Shown piece by piece: positions 48,586 through 57,924 of a DNA stretch of 64,000 nt. Each line of letters opens with the position of its first letter. Position 1 is the first letter of the stretch. The position numbers and the translations under genes were made by a program. The stretch is from an uncultured Bacteroidales bacterium (lineage in GTDB: Bacteria > Bacteroidota > Bacteroidia > Bacteroidales > CAZLJX01): positions 16,450 to 80,449 of the forward strand of contig CAZLJX010000003.1 of the NCBI GenBank assembly GCA_964559985.1. The letters run 5' to 3'. Under the pieces are notes generated by a model. It saw nothing but the letters and a program-made list of their open reading frames with translations, did no database searches and was not told the DNA's origin.

Positions 48586-51072
48586 ATGAAATGGAATTTT
48601 TTGATTTACATTGCTATTACCTTACTACTGATAATTAGTAATTTACCCGGATCATATTCACAGCCACAGGGAAAACAACAGGGCATGCCAGCCGAAGGTA
48701 TCCTTTCGGGCATTGTAAAAGATAAAACCACGGGGCAGGGTATTGAATATGCCAGTGTAGCGCTTTATAAAATGAAAGACTCAAGCCTGGTAAACGGCAC
48801 TATTTCAAACCAGAAAGGCGAATTCCGTTTCGAAAAACTACCTTACGGTATGTACAAAGTTCACGTAAAATTCTTAGGTTTCGAAGCGACAGATATTCCA
48901 CGTGTGCTTGTATCGCCGAAAACTCCTGATGTAAATCTTGGAGAAATTATACTTCAGCCTGCCTCAAAATTGCTTGATGATGTAAACGTTACCGCAAAAA
49001 AGGAAATGATGACTTATAACCTCGATAAGAAGGTTTTTACTGTTGACCAGAATATTGCAGCACAAGGAGGAACCCTTGCCGATGTAATGCAGAATATTCC
49101 TTCGGTAAATGTTGATATTGACGGCAATGTCAGCCTCAGGGGCAGTGAAAACGTATCCATCCTGATTGACGGAAAACCTTCGCAGATAGGTAGTGTTGAT
49201 GAGATACCGGCTTCATTGGTCGAAAGCGTTGAAATTGTTACAAATCCATCAGCCAAATACGATCCCGATGGTGTGTCGGGCATCATCAATATCGTCATGA
49301 AAAAGAAAAAAGAACCCGGCTATAATGCTATGTTGCAATTAAATGCCGGAACCGGAGACAAATACAACGGAAGCCTCAATTTCAACTACCGATACAACCG
49401 TTTAAACTTATATATCAACAGTGCATTCCGCCAGTTTGCCATGAAAGGGGCCAGTCTCACTGACCGTGAATCTGTTATCCGCGATACACTTTCCTATCTT
49501 TCCCAGGATGGCAGCTTCAGACGAAAAGGACAATTCGGCAACATTACCCCAGGTTTTGATTATTCTGTTACTGATAAAACCCGCATTTCGGGATCGGCAA
49601 CTTTTGGCTTAAGAGGATTCGCAACCAATGAAAATACAAACTATCAGAATAAAAATTATTTATCGGAAAAAATTCTAGAAACCCAAAGATATTCAGATAT
49701 TCAGATGAGCAGCCATAATATGGAATATAGCCTTGGATTCAAACACAGCTTTGAAGAAAAAAAACATGAGCTTAGCGCAGATATTTTTTATTCGTCAGAT
49801 GAAGGAGAGAACACCAATGATCTATCAACCGATTTACTATTCCCGATTTACCACAATAGTGACCAGCTGCAAAAAACCAAAAACCTGATGAATTCAGATG
49901 TACTGACCCTGCAAACCGATTATTTACGCCCAATTGGCAATGGCGGCCGGCTCGAAACCGGTCTGAAAGCCACATGGAGGCAAACCGATTATGACTATTC
50001 TTTCAGTAATTTTGACAGCATTGTGCAGCAGTGGGTAGCCGATGCAAATTATACCAATCATTTTGTTTATGCTACTGCTGTTTATGCCGGTTATGCCATG
50101 TATGCAGGATTTTCAGGTGCTTTTTCGTACCAGGCAGGGCTAAGGTTAGAGCAAGCTTATACCCATGGCAATCAAAAAACGTCTGATATGCAGTTCGATA
50201 AACCCTACTTCAGCCTTTTTCCCACCTTATCGCTCAAATATGACATCAGTGAAACACAAGCGTTGCAGGCAAACTATTCGCGAAGGGTCAACCGTCCGGG
50301 ATTTATGCATGTCAATCCGTTTAAAAATTTCTCCGATCCTTATAATATTTCAGCCGGGAACCCAAGACTTGATCCGGAGTATGCCAACACAGCAGAATTA
50401 AGCCACCAGGCAAGATTTGGTATGACAAACCTGACAACAACATTATTTATCAGGCAAACCGACAATATGATTACCCGAATTACCACCATGGATACTACAG
50501 GCATTGCACTTACTACATTTCAGAATATCAATAAAAACAGGAACATGGGTGCAGAAATAGTAGTGATGCAACCCCTTGCCAGGTGGTGGAAAATAACCGG
50601 AAATTTCAGCTATTTCAAAGCACAGTTATCCGGATCGGGCATTTCGGCAAAAAGCTTAGAGAGTAACAGTTGGACAGCCAGACTGGTATCGAATATGAAT
50701 CTGCCCTATGGTATAGATTTTCAGATTATGGCCAATTACCGCTCACCTGTGGTTTCAACCGGTGCGGGAGGAGGACCCGGCAGGATGTTCGAAATGGGAA
50801 GTATAGGCAAAACAAAAGAAACCTATTCGGTCGATCTGGGCATGAAAAAAGAAATCGTCAAAGGAAAAGCCTCCCTTACCCTTAGGGTGAGCGATGTTTT
50901 TAAAACTTCAAAATACAGAAATACCTCCTGGGGTGATAATTTTACCCTTAATACAACACGAACCCGTGAAAGCCGTATCGTTTTTATAGGTTTCAGTTAC
51001 AAAATCAACGAATACCGCAGGCCTAAAGAAACCAGACGCTCTGAAGACCAGATGCAGGAAGAATATGAATAA
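48586..51072 (+). CDS. TonB-dependent receptor-like outer-membrane beta-barrel with CarboxypepD_reg-like N-domain
   Basis: 828 aa with a signal peptide. LSGIVKDKTTGQGIEYASVALY...GEFRFEKLPYGMYKVHVKFLGF, plug-like VSLRGSENVSILIDGKP and VESVEIVTNPSAKYDPDGVSGIINIV, then a long beta-rich barrel. Confidence 0.8.
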   Translation: MKWNFLIYIAITLLLIISNLPGSYSQPQGKQQGMPAEGILSGIVKDKTTGQGIEYASVALYKMKDSSLVNGTISNQKGEFRFEKLPYGMYKVHVKFLGFEATDIPRVLVSPKTPDVNLGEIILQPASKLLDDVNVTAKKEMMTYNLDKKVFTVDQNIAAQGGTLADVMQNIPSVNVDIDGNVSLRGSENVSILIDGKPSQIGSVDEIPASLVESVEIVTNPSAKYDPDGVSGIINIVMKKKKEPGYNAMLQLNAGTGDKYNGSLNFNYRYNRLNLYINSAFRQFAMKGASLTDRESVIRDTLSYLSQDGSFRRKGQFGNITPGFDYSVTDKTRISGSATFGLRGFATNENTNYQNKNYLSEKILETQRYSDIQMSSHNMEYSLGFKHSFEEKKHELSADIFYSSDEGENTNDLSTDLLFPIYHNSDQLQKTKNLMNSDVLTLQTDYLRPIGNGGRLETGLKATWRQTDYDYSFSNFDSIVQQWVADANYTNHFVYATAVYAGYAMYAGFSGAFSYQAGLRLEQAYTHGNQKTSDMQFDKPYFSLFPTLSLKYDISETQALQANYSRRVNRPGFMHVNPFKNFSDPYNISAGNPRLDPEYANTAELSHQARFGMTNLTTTLFIRQTDNMITRITTMDTTGIALTTFQNINKNRNMGAEIVVMQPLARWWKITGNFSYFKAQLSGSGISAKSLESNSWTARLVSNMNLPYGIDFQIMANYRSPVVSTGAGGGPGRMFEMGSIGKTKETYSVDLGMKKEIVKGKASLTLRVSDVFKTSKYRNTSWGDNFTLNTTRTRESRIVFIGFSYKINEYRRPKETRRSEDQMQEEYE

Positions 51073-51192
51073 ACTTTTAAAGTTCAACATACCTTAACAA
51101 ATCCAAAAATATTTTATTTTTTCGGAAATCGTTATAATCAACTTAATCATTGCTTAAGGCTAAATGCTTGTTTTTCTTTCAGCATTTATGCT

Positions 51193-51351
51193 TCAGGGTT
51201 TCATGCAATTAAATTTCGACAAATATTTGCTCCGTGCTTTTTTAGGATCCATGCCCTGGGCAATATAAATTTTTGTTCTTGAATCAATTACAACTTCAAT
51301 CATTTTTTTCATATCGGGTGATTTAAAAGCACTTGTCCTTTTATCGTACAT
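51193..51351 (-). CDS. possible 52-aa small ORF in an otherwise non-coding gap
   Basis: Hand-translated, below the ORF-track cutoff: MYDKRTSAFKSPDMKKMIEVVIDSRTKIYIAQGMDPKKARSKYLSKFNCMKP. ATG start and TGA stop. No motif recognised. Confidence 0.2.
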   Translation of the reverse strand: MYDKRTSAFKSPDMKKMIEVVIDSRTKIYIAQGMDPKKARSKYLSKFNCMKP

Positions 51352-51891
51352 TTATTTTTTCCTTTCAATTTATAAACAGTTTCTATATTTCACATGCTGA
51401 ATTTTTATCGACAAAAATTTGAAAAATCATTTATGGTGACTAAAAAAAATGCACCGATAATAAACAATTAATGCAAGGTCTGAAGAATTTCCCCAGAATG
51501 TTTAAAAAATTTCCTGATTTTACAGTTGGTATTTATCAAAACCAGAATGTTTGTAATATAACGCTTAATTATGAGAATAGTTTGTAATGAGTAAAATATT
51601 CATCAATATTTTAATTTTATACTGATTTAATGCATATAGGATTGTCGGAGTATATTTTTAAATGCCAGTTTAATTTTTTAGAATAAAGTAACTTTCTTTT
51701 TGAAAATACGAACCGATGTTATAAAAAACCTGTAACTGATAAAGGGATTCTATGGCTGGAAAAACCGATTGAAACATAAGAACCGGAATTTAAGGAAAAA
51801 AAGTTGAAAAATATTTCAACAGAAGTATCTGCAATCCTGACAGATTTTTTATATTTATGCACGGATAATATTGATTTAAAAGGTAAAAAAT

Positions 51892-52686
51892 ATGTCACTC
51901 AAATGCGTTTTAGGATTTCATCAATGGGATGGTTGCACCTGCACCATTTGTGGAAAAATAAGAAATGAGCAACACATACTGAACGAGGATTGTGAAAAAT
52001 GCTCAAAATGTGGTTCGGCTATTCCAAATCAACACAACTGGTCAACAGATTGTCAGAAATGCTCAAAATGTGGCAAAACACGCGATGTTGAACACCATTG
52101 GATTAAAAATTGTGAAAAATGTTCGAAATGTGGTAAAACCCGGACCGATCAGCACCATATGGTGGATGGAATTTGCCAGGTTTGTGGAAACGGCATTTTT
52201 ACCGACGAAACCAACGGGCTTGGATATAAAATCGTTAAAATTGGTACACAGATTATTATGGCTGAAAATTTTGCCCGGATTCCGGCATCCGGTCATTACT
52301 GGGCCTATGACGGGGAAAAGAAAAATGTTGTGAAAAACGGATATCTGTACGATTGGGAAACCGCAAGGTCAATTGTCCCGAAAGGATGGCATCTTCCTTC
52401 AAAAGAAGAATGGGAAACTTTAATGAAATTCTTAGGTGGAAAAGACAAAGAGGTTTATGAACAAATGAAACCGGGCGGAGAAAGCGGATTTGAAGGATTA
52501 TTCAGCGGCTGGCGGTTTGTACGTGGCGCTTTTAACAGCCTTGGGGCAAGTGGTTATTACTGGACTGCCACCGAAGAGAGTGATAAAAAAGCCTGGTTTG
52601 TCAAAATGAGTGCCTATAAAAACCGCGTGGAAATAGATAAAGGAGACAAAGGATTAGGCCTGAGTGTGAGACTTTTCCGCGATTAA
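51892..52686 (+). CDS. leaderless protein: N-terminal Cys/His tandem repeats fused to a FISUMP domain
   Basis: 264 aa. C-terminus GYKIVKIGTQIIMAENF...GYLYDWETA...PKGWHLPSKEEWETLMKFLGG...GWR...GYYWTATE...GLSVRLFRD matches the FISUMP pattern. No hydrophobic signal peptide or lipobox at the N-terminus. Confidence 0.7.
   Translation: MSLKCVLGFHQWDGCTCTICGKIRNEQHILNEDCEKCSKCGSAIPNQHNWSTDCQKCSKCGKTRDVEHHWIKNCEKCSKCGKTRTDQHHMVDGICQVCGNGIFTDETNGLGYKIVKIGTQIIMAENFARIPASGHYWAYDGEKKNVVKNGYLYDWETARSIVPKGWHLPSKEEWETLMKFLGGKDKEVYEQMKPGGESGFEGLFSGWRFVRGAFNSLGASGYYWTATEESDKKAWFVKMSAYKNRVEIDKGDKGLGLSVRLFRD
51919..52194 (+). repeat. coding tandem repeat, about 4.5 units of 20 aa / 60 nt (H-x-W-x3-C-x-K-C-S-K-C-G-K-T-R-x3)
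   Basis: TGT(G/C)A(A/G)AAATG(C/T)TC(A/G)AAATGTGG recurs at 51991, 52051 and 52111, exactly 60 nt apart. Protein units: HQWDGCTCTICGKIRNEQ / HILNEDCEKCSKCGSAIPNQ / HNWSTDCQKCSKCGKTRDVE / HHWIKNCEKCSKCGKTRTDQ / HHMVDGICQVCGNG. Confidence 0.8.
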
Positions 52687-52759
52687 AGCTATTTTTCCTG
52701 TCCGGTACAATATCCAGACAATTTAAAATCAAGCATCAAATTGATAATTGACCGGAAAT

Positions 52760-53302
52760 TTATTTTTTCCCCGGGTTAAAAACCTGCATCATAAAATCAT
52801 CTATCCATCCGTTAGGAGAATTAAGCCATTTTCTGCGGCAGCCCGCTGTTTCAAAACCGATTTTACGAAACAGGTTGAGGCTTGGTACATTATCTGATGG
52901 TATATTGCAATAAACCTGTAAACAACCCAGGGTCTTAAAACAATAATCCAGCATAAGCCTGATGGCTTCAGCGGCATACCCTTTCCGTCTGTATTTCGTG
53001 TCGGCAATTAAAATTCCTATGCCACATCGAAGGTGGTACGGATCAAAATCAAAAATATCAATGGTGCCGATGGTGGGGTATTTCTCATCAGGTGTATCGG
53101 TGGCTTCAATCATCATTCGTAGCTGGCAGGTCTGATATATATCAAGGTGGGCCATTTCGAGGTATTTTTTCAGCACAAATTTCGAAAACGGAGCATGGGT
53201 ATCGCTTATCATCCAGACTTCAGGGTTGTTTTCCCAGTCATATATCAGGTCGATATCTGTTATTTCCGGGGGCCTCAACCGTACTTTATTACTGGTAAAC
53301 AT
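52760..53302 (-). CDS. GNAT-family N-acetyltransferase (RimJ/RimL-like)
   Basis: 180 aa. VRLRPPEITDIDLIYDWENNPEVW... and GILIADTKYRRKGYAAEAIRLMLDYCF, typical of Acetyltransf_3/RimJ-like proteins. Confidence 0.75.
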   Translation of the reverse strand: MFTSNKVRLRPPEITDIDLIYDWENNPEVWMISDTHAPFSKFVLKKYLEMAHLDIYQTCQLRMMIEATDTPDEKYPTIGTIDIFDFDPYHLRCGIGILIADTKYRRKGYAAEAIRLMLDYCFKTLGCLQVYCNIPSDNVPSLNLFRKIGFETAGCRRKWLNSPNGWIDDFMMQVFNPGKK

Positions 53303-53309
53303 GTCAATA

Positions 53310-56075
53310 TTAGTTTTTATACCTGTTCAGTGGCATAATAAATGCATCGGGAAAGCCTTTTGCTGCAATTTCGGTTTTAAACTGTTTTGCCTCTTTTAGT
53401 CCTTTTATCTGTCCGACATAATAGCGGAAAATGCCATCATTCCCTTTATATTCATTCACTCCATCAATGCTGTTGAAAAATTTCAGATCAACGGGATTGC
53501 GCAATGCAATCAATTGTATGGTATACAAATCCGATTCGGCCATTTTAGGTTTATGCTGAATCAGTTTTTTCCGGGCGATAGCCTGGGTTTGCATTACCTG
53601 CAAATCATCGGAAGTGATAATGACAGCATTGCTGAATCCTGCATCAATGGCATGGTTAAGAATAGATAAAGCCCTGCTTTTTGATTTAAACTGCCCCACA
53701 GCATAGATATAATTGTCAGTAGTCTGGTAAAGCCAAACATTTGGAATACTGTCTTTGGCATATTTGGTAAAATAACCCGGTGACAATGGTTTTGGCGATT
53801 GCATCAGCATGACGGTATAGTACAATGGTTTTACCAATCTCAGGCGTTCAGGAACAACAGGCGGTTCAATGCTGATTTTATCGTTGTTTGACCGGAGTAT
53901 TTTAATATCGGCACGCCGGTTATAACTGCGTCCCTCAGGATTGTCGGTGCCATCCGGATTAGTATTGATAGCAACATTCATGGAATTACCAAGTCCTTTA
54001 GCTACAAAACGCATGGGGTCAATTCCTTTTTCGGACAGATAATTCACCACACTGGCAGCCCTGCGTTCTGAAATTGTTTTATTCCCCAGTTCACTTCCTT
54101 TTGAATCGGCATGTCCGGTAACTTCAACATACAGGGAGGGGTTTTCATTCATCAGCCGGTAAAGTTTTTCAATCTCAACCTGGCCATCGCGACTTATTTC
54201 ACTGCTGCAATAATCAAAAAAGATGCTTTTGATAGAATAATATTCACCACTGGCAACAGAAAGCGGATCGAGCCTCAGATTCAATTCCAGTTCGGGCCGG
54301 TTATAACTTTCCGGAATTGTCAGGTTAGCAGAAGCATTATAATAACCTACTCCCTCAGCTTCAATTTTATAACGACCCGGTGGCAGCAAAATGCTAAACT
54401 TGCCGGAATAGTTTTCATAAGTCATTGATCCTTTATATAAACCTGCTTCGGTAACTTTTACCCTGAAATTGTCATCGGCGATATTGTTATCAGTCAGGGT
54501 TATGGAGGCTACGACTTTAATCTGTTGAATAACTGGTGCAGCAGGTTCAGAATTTACAATTTCAGTGGTACTGGTTTCATTAACCTGGTTATTCTGGCTA
54601 ACAGCAGGTTGTTCAGTAACAACAGGCTGTTCGGTGTTGGTCTGAGGCACATTATTTACTTCAGATTGTGTAATTTCAGGCTGAATAACTTCTGGCTGCG
54701 ATTGCACAGCCGTGTCGGTTTTTGTTTCAGCCAATACTGGTGAAGTATCGGGTAAAGGCAATTCGGGTTCTTCAGGAATCGGAAAGATCAGCTCATACAG
54801 ATCTGACCTGCCTTCGCCTGAAAATTTTGTGTAAGGCATTATTGCCCGCGATTTGCCCCTGAAAGGAACAAAAAACCAGTCATCATCAAGGGTGTTTACC
54901 GGATAACCTAAATTTACCGGTGCCGACCATTGTGTTTTACCCACTTTTTCGCTTTGACAAACATCGAATCCACCCATGCTGTTGTGCCCTTCGCTGCTGA
55001 AAAACAAGGTATTGCCATCAGTAGTCAGGAACGGCGTTTCTTCATCAAACTGCGTATTGATGGTCATGCCAAGGTTTACCGGTTCGCTCCATTTACCTTT
55101 TTCATCGGTTTCGGTATACCAGATATCTTTTCCTCCGATTCCCCCGGAACGATCGCTGATAAAATAAAGTCCTTTTCCGTCGGGTGTAAAACAGGCATGT
55201 GTCTCATTACTTTTTGTGTTGATTGGCCGGGGAAAAGGTTTTAAAGGTGACCAGCGGTTATTTTCGTTTTCGGTATAAAATAAATTCCCATTGCCAAATT
55301 CTGAGATATATAAGACAAGGGTTTTGCCATCGGACGATAGGCTTGACGTATAAAAATTACCGTCGGAACCCAGTTTTTGCGTCATTTCTTTAGGTTTTGC
55401 CCAGTTTCCATTATCGTTTGACACCGAAAAAAGCAGTGCAAACGGAAGGTATTCACCATAATCTTTATCGTAAACCATTTGTACAGAAGTATAGTAAAGT
55501 AATTTCCCATCATGGCTGATAACCGGGCAATATTCATTATCAGACGAATTGATGGATTGGGGTAAAGGATTTATTGAAACTTCTACAGGCTGCTGCATCA
55601 TCTGTTTGGCATTGTTGCAGGTAGCCACCTGCTGGGCAATGTAATCATGATTGTACGTATCTTTTACACTTAAAAATGACTTATAAAGCAAATATTTGGG
55701 AATAGCTTCGTCAAACCTGCCCGACAGTCGGTATGCCTTGGCCAGGTAATAAACTGCATCGATAGGAGCATGGACTTCTTTAACCGATCCTTCTTTAAAA
55801 TCGGGAGAAACATTATCGGCAGCCTTTTCAAGGTAAAATATGGCATTTTCCATTTCGCCGGGAGTCATCAAATAAGAAAAACCCAGGTTAAAATAGATAT
55901 GCGAATTACCCATTCCTTTTGAAATCATGTTTAAATATACCGGTATGGCTTTGTCGTAACTATCATTCATGAAAAATTCGCCGGCTTCGACAAAATATTT
56001 CTTGTACAATTTGTCCTGGGCATTTACTCCCGTAACCGTAAAGAGCACTATCAGAAAAAATATGTATCGCCCCAT
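53310..56075 (-). CDS. multidomain OmpA-family protein (TPR-like, TolB-like PD40 beta-propeller, Q/E/P/V-rich linker, CarboxypepD_reg-like, OmpA_C, two SPOR-like repeats)
   Basis: 921 aa with a signal peptide. PD40-like repeats (SHDGKLLYYTS, SSDGKTLVLY, FTPDGKGLYFISDR, LTTDGNTLFFSS). OmpA_C: IFFDYCSSEISRDGQVEIEKL...VEVTGHADSKGSELGNKTISERRAASVVNYL...NRRADIKIL. C-terminal SPOR-like YTVMLMQS...YAVGQFKSKSRA and YTIQLIALRN...FRYYVGQIKGLKEAKQF. Confidence 0.8.
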   Translation of the reverse strand: MGRYIFFLIVLFTVTGVNAQDKLYKKYFVEAGEFFMNDSYDKAIPVYLNMISKGMGNSHIYFNLGFSYLMTPGEMENAIFYLEKAADNVSPDFKEGSVKEVHAPIDAVYYLAKAYRLSGRFDEAIPKYLLYKSFLSVKDTYNHDYIAQQVATCNNAKQMMQQPVEVSINPLPQSINSSDNEYCPVISHDGKLLYYTSVQMVYDKDYGEYLPFALLFSVSNDNGNWAKPKEMTQKLGSDGNFYTSSLSSDGKTLVLYISEFGNGNLFYTENENNRWSPLKPFPRPINTKSNETHACFTPDGKGLYFISDRSGGIGGKDIWYTETDEKGKWSEPVNLGMTINTQFDEETPFLTTDGNTLFFSSEGHNSMGGFDVCQSEKVGKTQWSAPVNLGYPVNTLDDDWFFVPFRGKSRAIMPYTKFSGEGRSDLYELIFPIPEEPELPLPDTSPVLAETKTDTAVQSQPEVIQPEITQSEVNNVPQTNTEQPVVTEQPAVSQNNQVNETSTTEIVNSEPAAPVIQQIKVVASITLTDNNIADDNFRVKVTEAGLYKGSMTYENYSGKFSILLPPGRYKIEAEGVGYYNASANLTIPESYNRPELELNLRLDPLSVASGEYYSIKSIFFDYCSSEISRDGQVEIEKLYRLMNENPSLYVEVTGHADSKGSELGNKTISERRAASVVNYLSEKGIDPMRFVAKGLGNSMNVAINTNPDGTDNPEGRSYNRRADIKILRSNNDKISIEPPVVPERLRLVKPLYYTVMLMQSPKPLSPGYFTKYAKDSIPNVWLYQTTDNYIYAVGQFKSKSRALSILNHAIDAGFSNAVIITSDDLQVMQTQAIARKKLIQHKPKMAESDLYTIQLIALRNPVDLKFFNSIDGVNEYKGNDGIFRYYVGQIKGLKEAKQFKTEIAAKGFPDAFIMPLNRYKN

Positions 56076-56487
56076 TTTCTGGTCAGATTATTGTGTTTCA
56101 ATATTATATAAAGCTTTTCAATCCCTTTCTGACAAATATATAATTTTATTATTTTTTTTATACCAATAAGTTATTCACAAAAACAGGTGAATTTCTGTTG
56201 TTTCGGGAGTTGTATATTTGAAATTTACTGATATACAGTATATTACATTTAAATAGCTTTCGATTAAGATATTTGATAAATTAGTTCAGAAAAAATGTTG
56301 ATTAAGAGCCGGCTGACAAAATCATGCAGAATAATTTACTGATTGACACCCTCTGACAGGAAATGCCATTTATTATTAACGCTCACCAAAAAAAACCTCA
56401 AATTTCCTGGTTCCAAAAAAAATCAAATTTATACCTGCTTCTCTTGAGCTTCCCGAAAATAAATTAAACCCTTGAAAATGAATTTTC

Positions 56488-57801
56488 TTAATCTGAAGTA
56501 TCAAAGTTTTTCAGGTAGTAAATTATCCGGTTGAGAAACTGTCCGGCCAGCATTCCGTCAATAATGCGATGATCGTATGAAAGAGACAGAATTACTGTAT
56601 AACCGATTCCCACAAAATCGCCTTGCTGGGTTTCAACTACAATGGGACTTTTGGTGATACTTCCAATCCCAAGCACTGCTGCTTCGGGCTGGTTAATGAT
56701 GGGTGTTCCGGCCATTGTTCCAGCACTTCCAAGGTTGGTAATGGTAAAAGTCCCCCCATGTATATCATCGGGGGACAGTTTTCCTGCACGGGCTTTGAGT
56801 GCCAGTTCGTTGATTGAACGTGCCAATCCCCTGAAATTTTTTATCGCTGCATCTTTTACCACCGGTACAATAAGGTTCCCATCGGGCAGAGCAGTTGCCA
56901 TACCAATATGAATCGCCTTTTTTATAAGAATGTTATCATTGTCGACTGATACGTTAATCCGCGGAAAATCGATCAAAGCTTTTGACACTGCTTCAAAAAA
57001 AACCGGCGTATAGGTCAGTTTAAAACCCTCGCGTTTTTCAAAAGAATTCTTTACACGGTTGCGCCATTCAACAATATGGCTCACATTGGTTTCGGCAAAT
57101 GAAGTGACATGGGGCGATATTTGTTTTGACCTGACCATATGGGCTGCAATCAGCTTTCTTACCCGATCCATTTCAACAATTTCAACCTGATCATCAGCGA
57201 TGGTTTTATGGGCAGCAACAGGAGCAATAACAGTATTGATCTGAGGATCAGTCATTGCCGGCTGATCTAAAGAAATGGTTTTTTCATTTTTACCCGCCAG
57301 GTGCAATATCACATCATTTTTGGTGATGCGGCCGTTAAGACCACTGCCTTGAATTTTCTCAATACTTTGCATATCAATTCCTTCACTTTGTATCATTTGA
57401 CGAACCAGTGGTGAAAGAAATTTGCCGGAAATGGTATTTGAATGCTGACGTAGCTTTGTAGCATGAATCATTGAAATTTGCTTGGTTTGAAAATTTTTTT
57501 CCTCCAATTTTGTTTCTTTAATGGAGACCTGAGAATGACTTTCAGACTGTTCAGCAACTGTTCCGGTTGATAATATAGCAATCATTTGTCCAATTTTAGC
57601 TACTTCGCCTTGTTTTACCAATATTTCCGATAAAACTCCATTTCCCGGCGAAGGTATTTCCGAATCAACTTTATCGGTAGCTATCTCAACCAATGATTCA
57701 TCCTCTTTTACAGGTTCACCTGCATTTTTAAGCCAGCGTGTAATGGTAGCCTCAATGATGCCTTCGCCCATCGCCGGAAGAAATATTTCAATCTTAGCCA
57801 T
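56488..57801 (-). CDS. 2-oxoacid dehydrogenase complex E2 (dihydrolipoamide acyltransferase)
   Basis: Start placed at MAKIEIFLPAMGEGIIEATITRWL (57799-57801). Lipoyl motif EIATDKVDSEIPSP, peripheral subunit-binding segment (LSPLVRQMIQSEGIDM), catalytic LSYDHRIIDG. No E1 or E3 gene is adjacent. Confidence 0.88.
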   Translation of the reverse strand: MAKIEIFLPAMGEGIIEATITRWLKNAGEPVKEDESLVEIATDKVDSEIPSPGNGVLSEILVKQGEVAKIGQMIAILSTGTVAEQSESHSQVSIKETKLEEKNFQTKQISMIHATKLRQHSNTISGKFLSPLVRQMIQSEGIDMQSIEKIQGSGLNGRITKNDVILHLAGKNEKTISLDQPAMTDPQINTVIAPVAAHKTIADDQVEIVEMDRVRKLIAAHMVRSKQISPHVTSFAETNVSHIVEWRNRVKNSFEKREGFKLTYTPVFFEAVSKALIDFPRINVSVDNDNILIKKAIHIGMATALPDGNLIVPVVKDAAIKNFRGLARSINELALKARAGKLSPDDIHGGTFTITNLGSAGTMAGTPIINQPEAAVLGIGSITKSPIVVETQQGDFVGIGYTVILSLSYDHRIIDGMLAGQFLNRIIYYLKNFDTSD

Positions 57802-57924
57802 AACATATGTTTTGTAATGAAACAACCCAGCAAATATTTTGTTTTGCCACATTAATCATATAAATATTTAATGGGTTGAAAAAATTTTGTATCTTTAAGC
57901 ACCTTATAAATTAAGAAATTTTAT

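Noticed and set aside
51919-52194. Regular 60-nt repeat as a possible CRISPR array
   Set aside because: The repeats are in frame inside an ORF and encode a conserved Cys/His peptide unit. The segments between them are also conserved in length and partly in sequence, and no cas genes are present.
57802-57852. N-terminal extension of the E2 gene
   Set aside because: MAKIEIFLPAMGEG is the typical start of a lipoyl domain. The 17 upstream codons are most likely untranslated.
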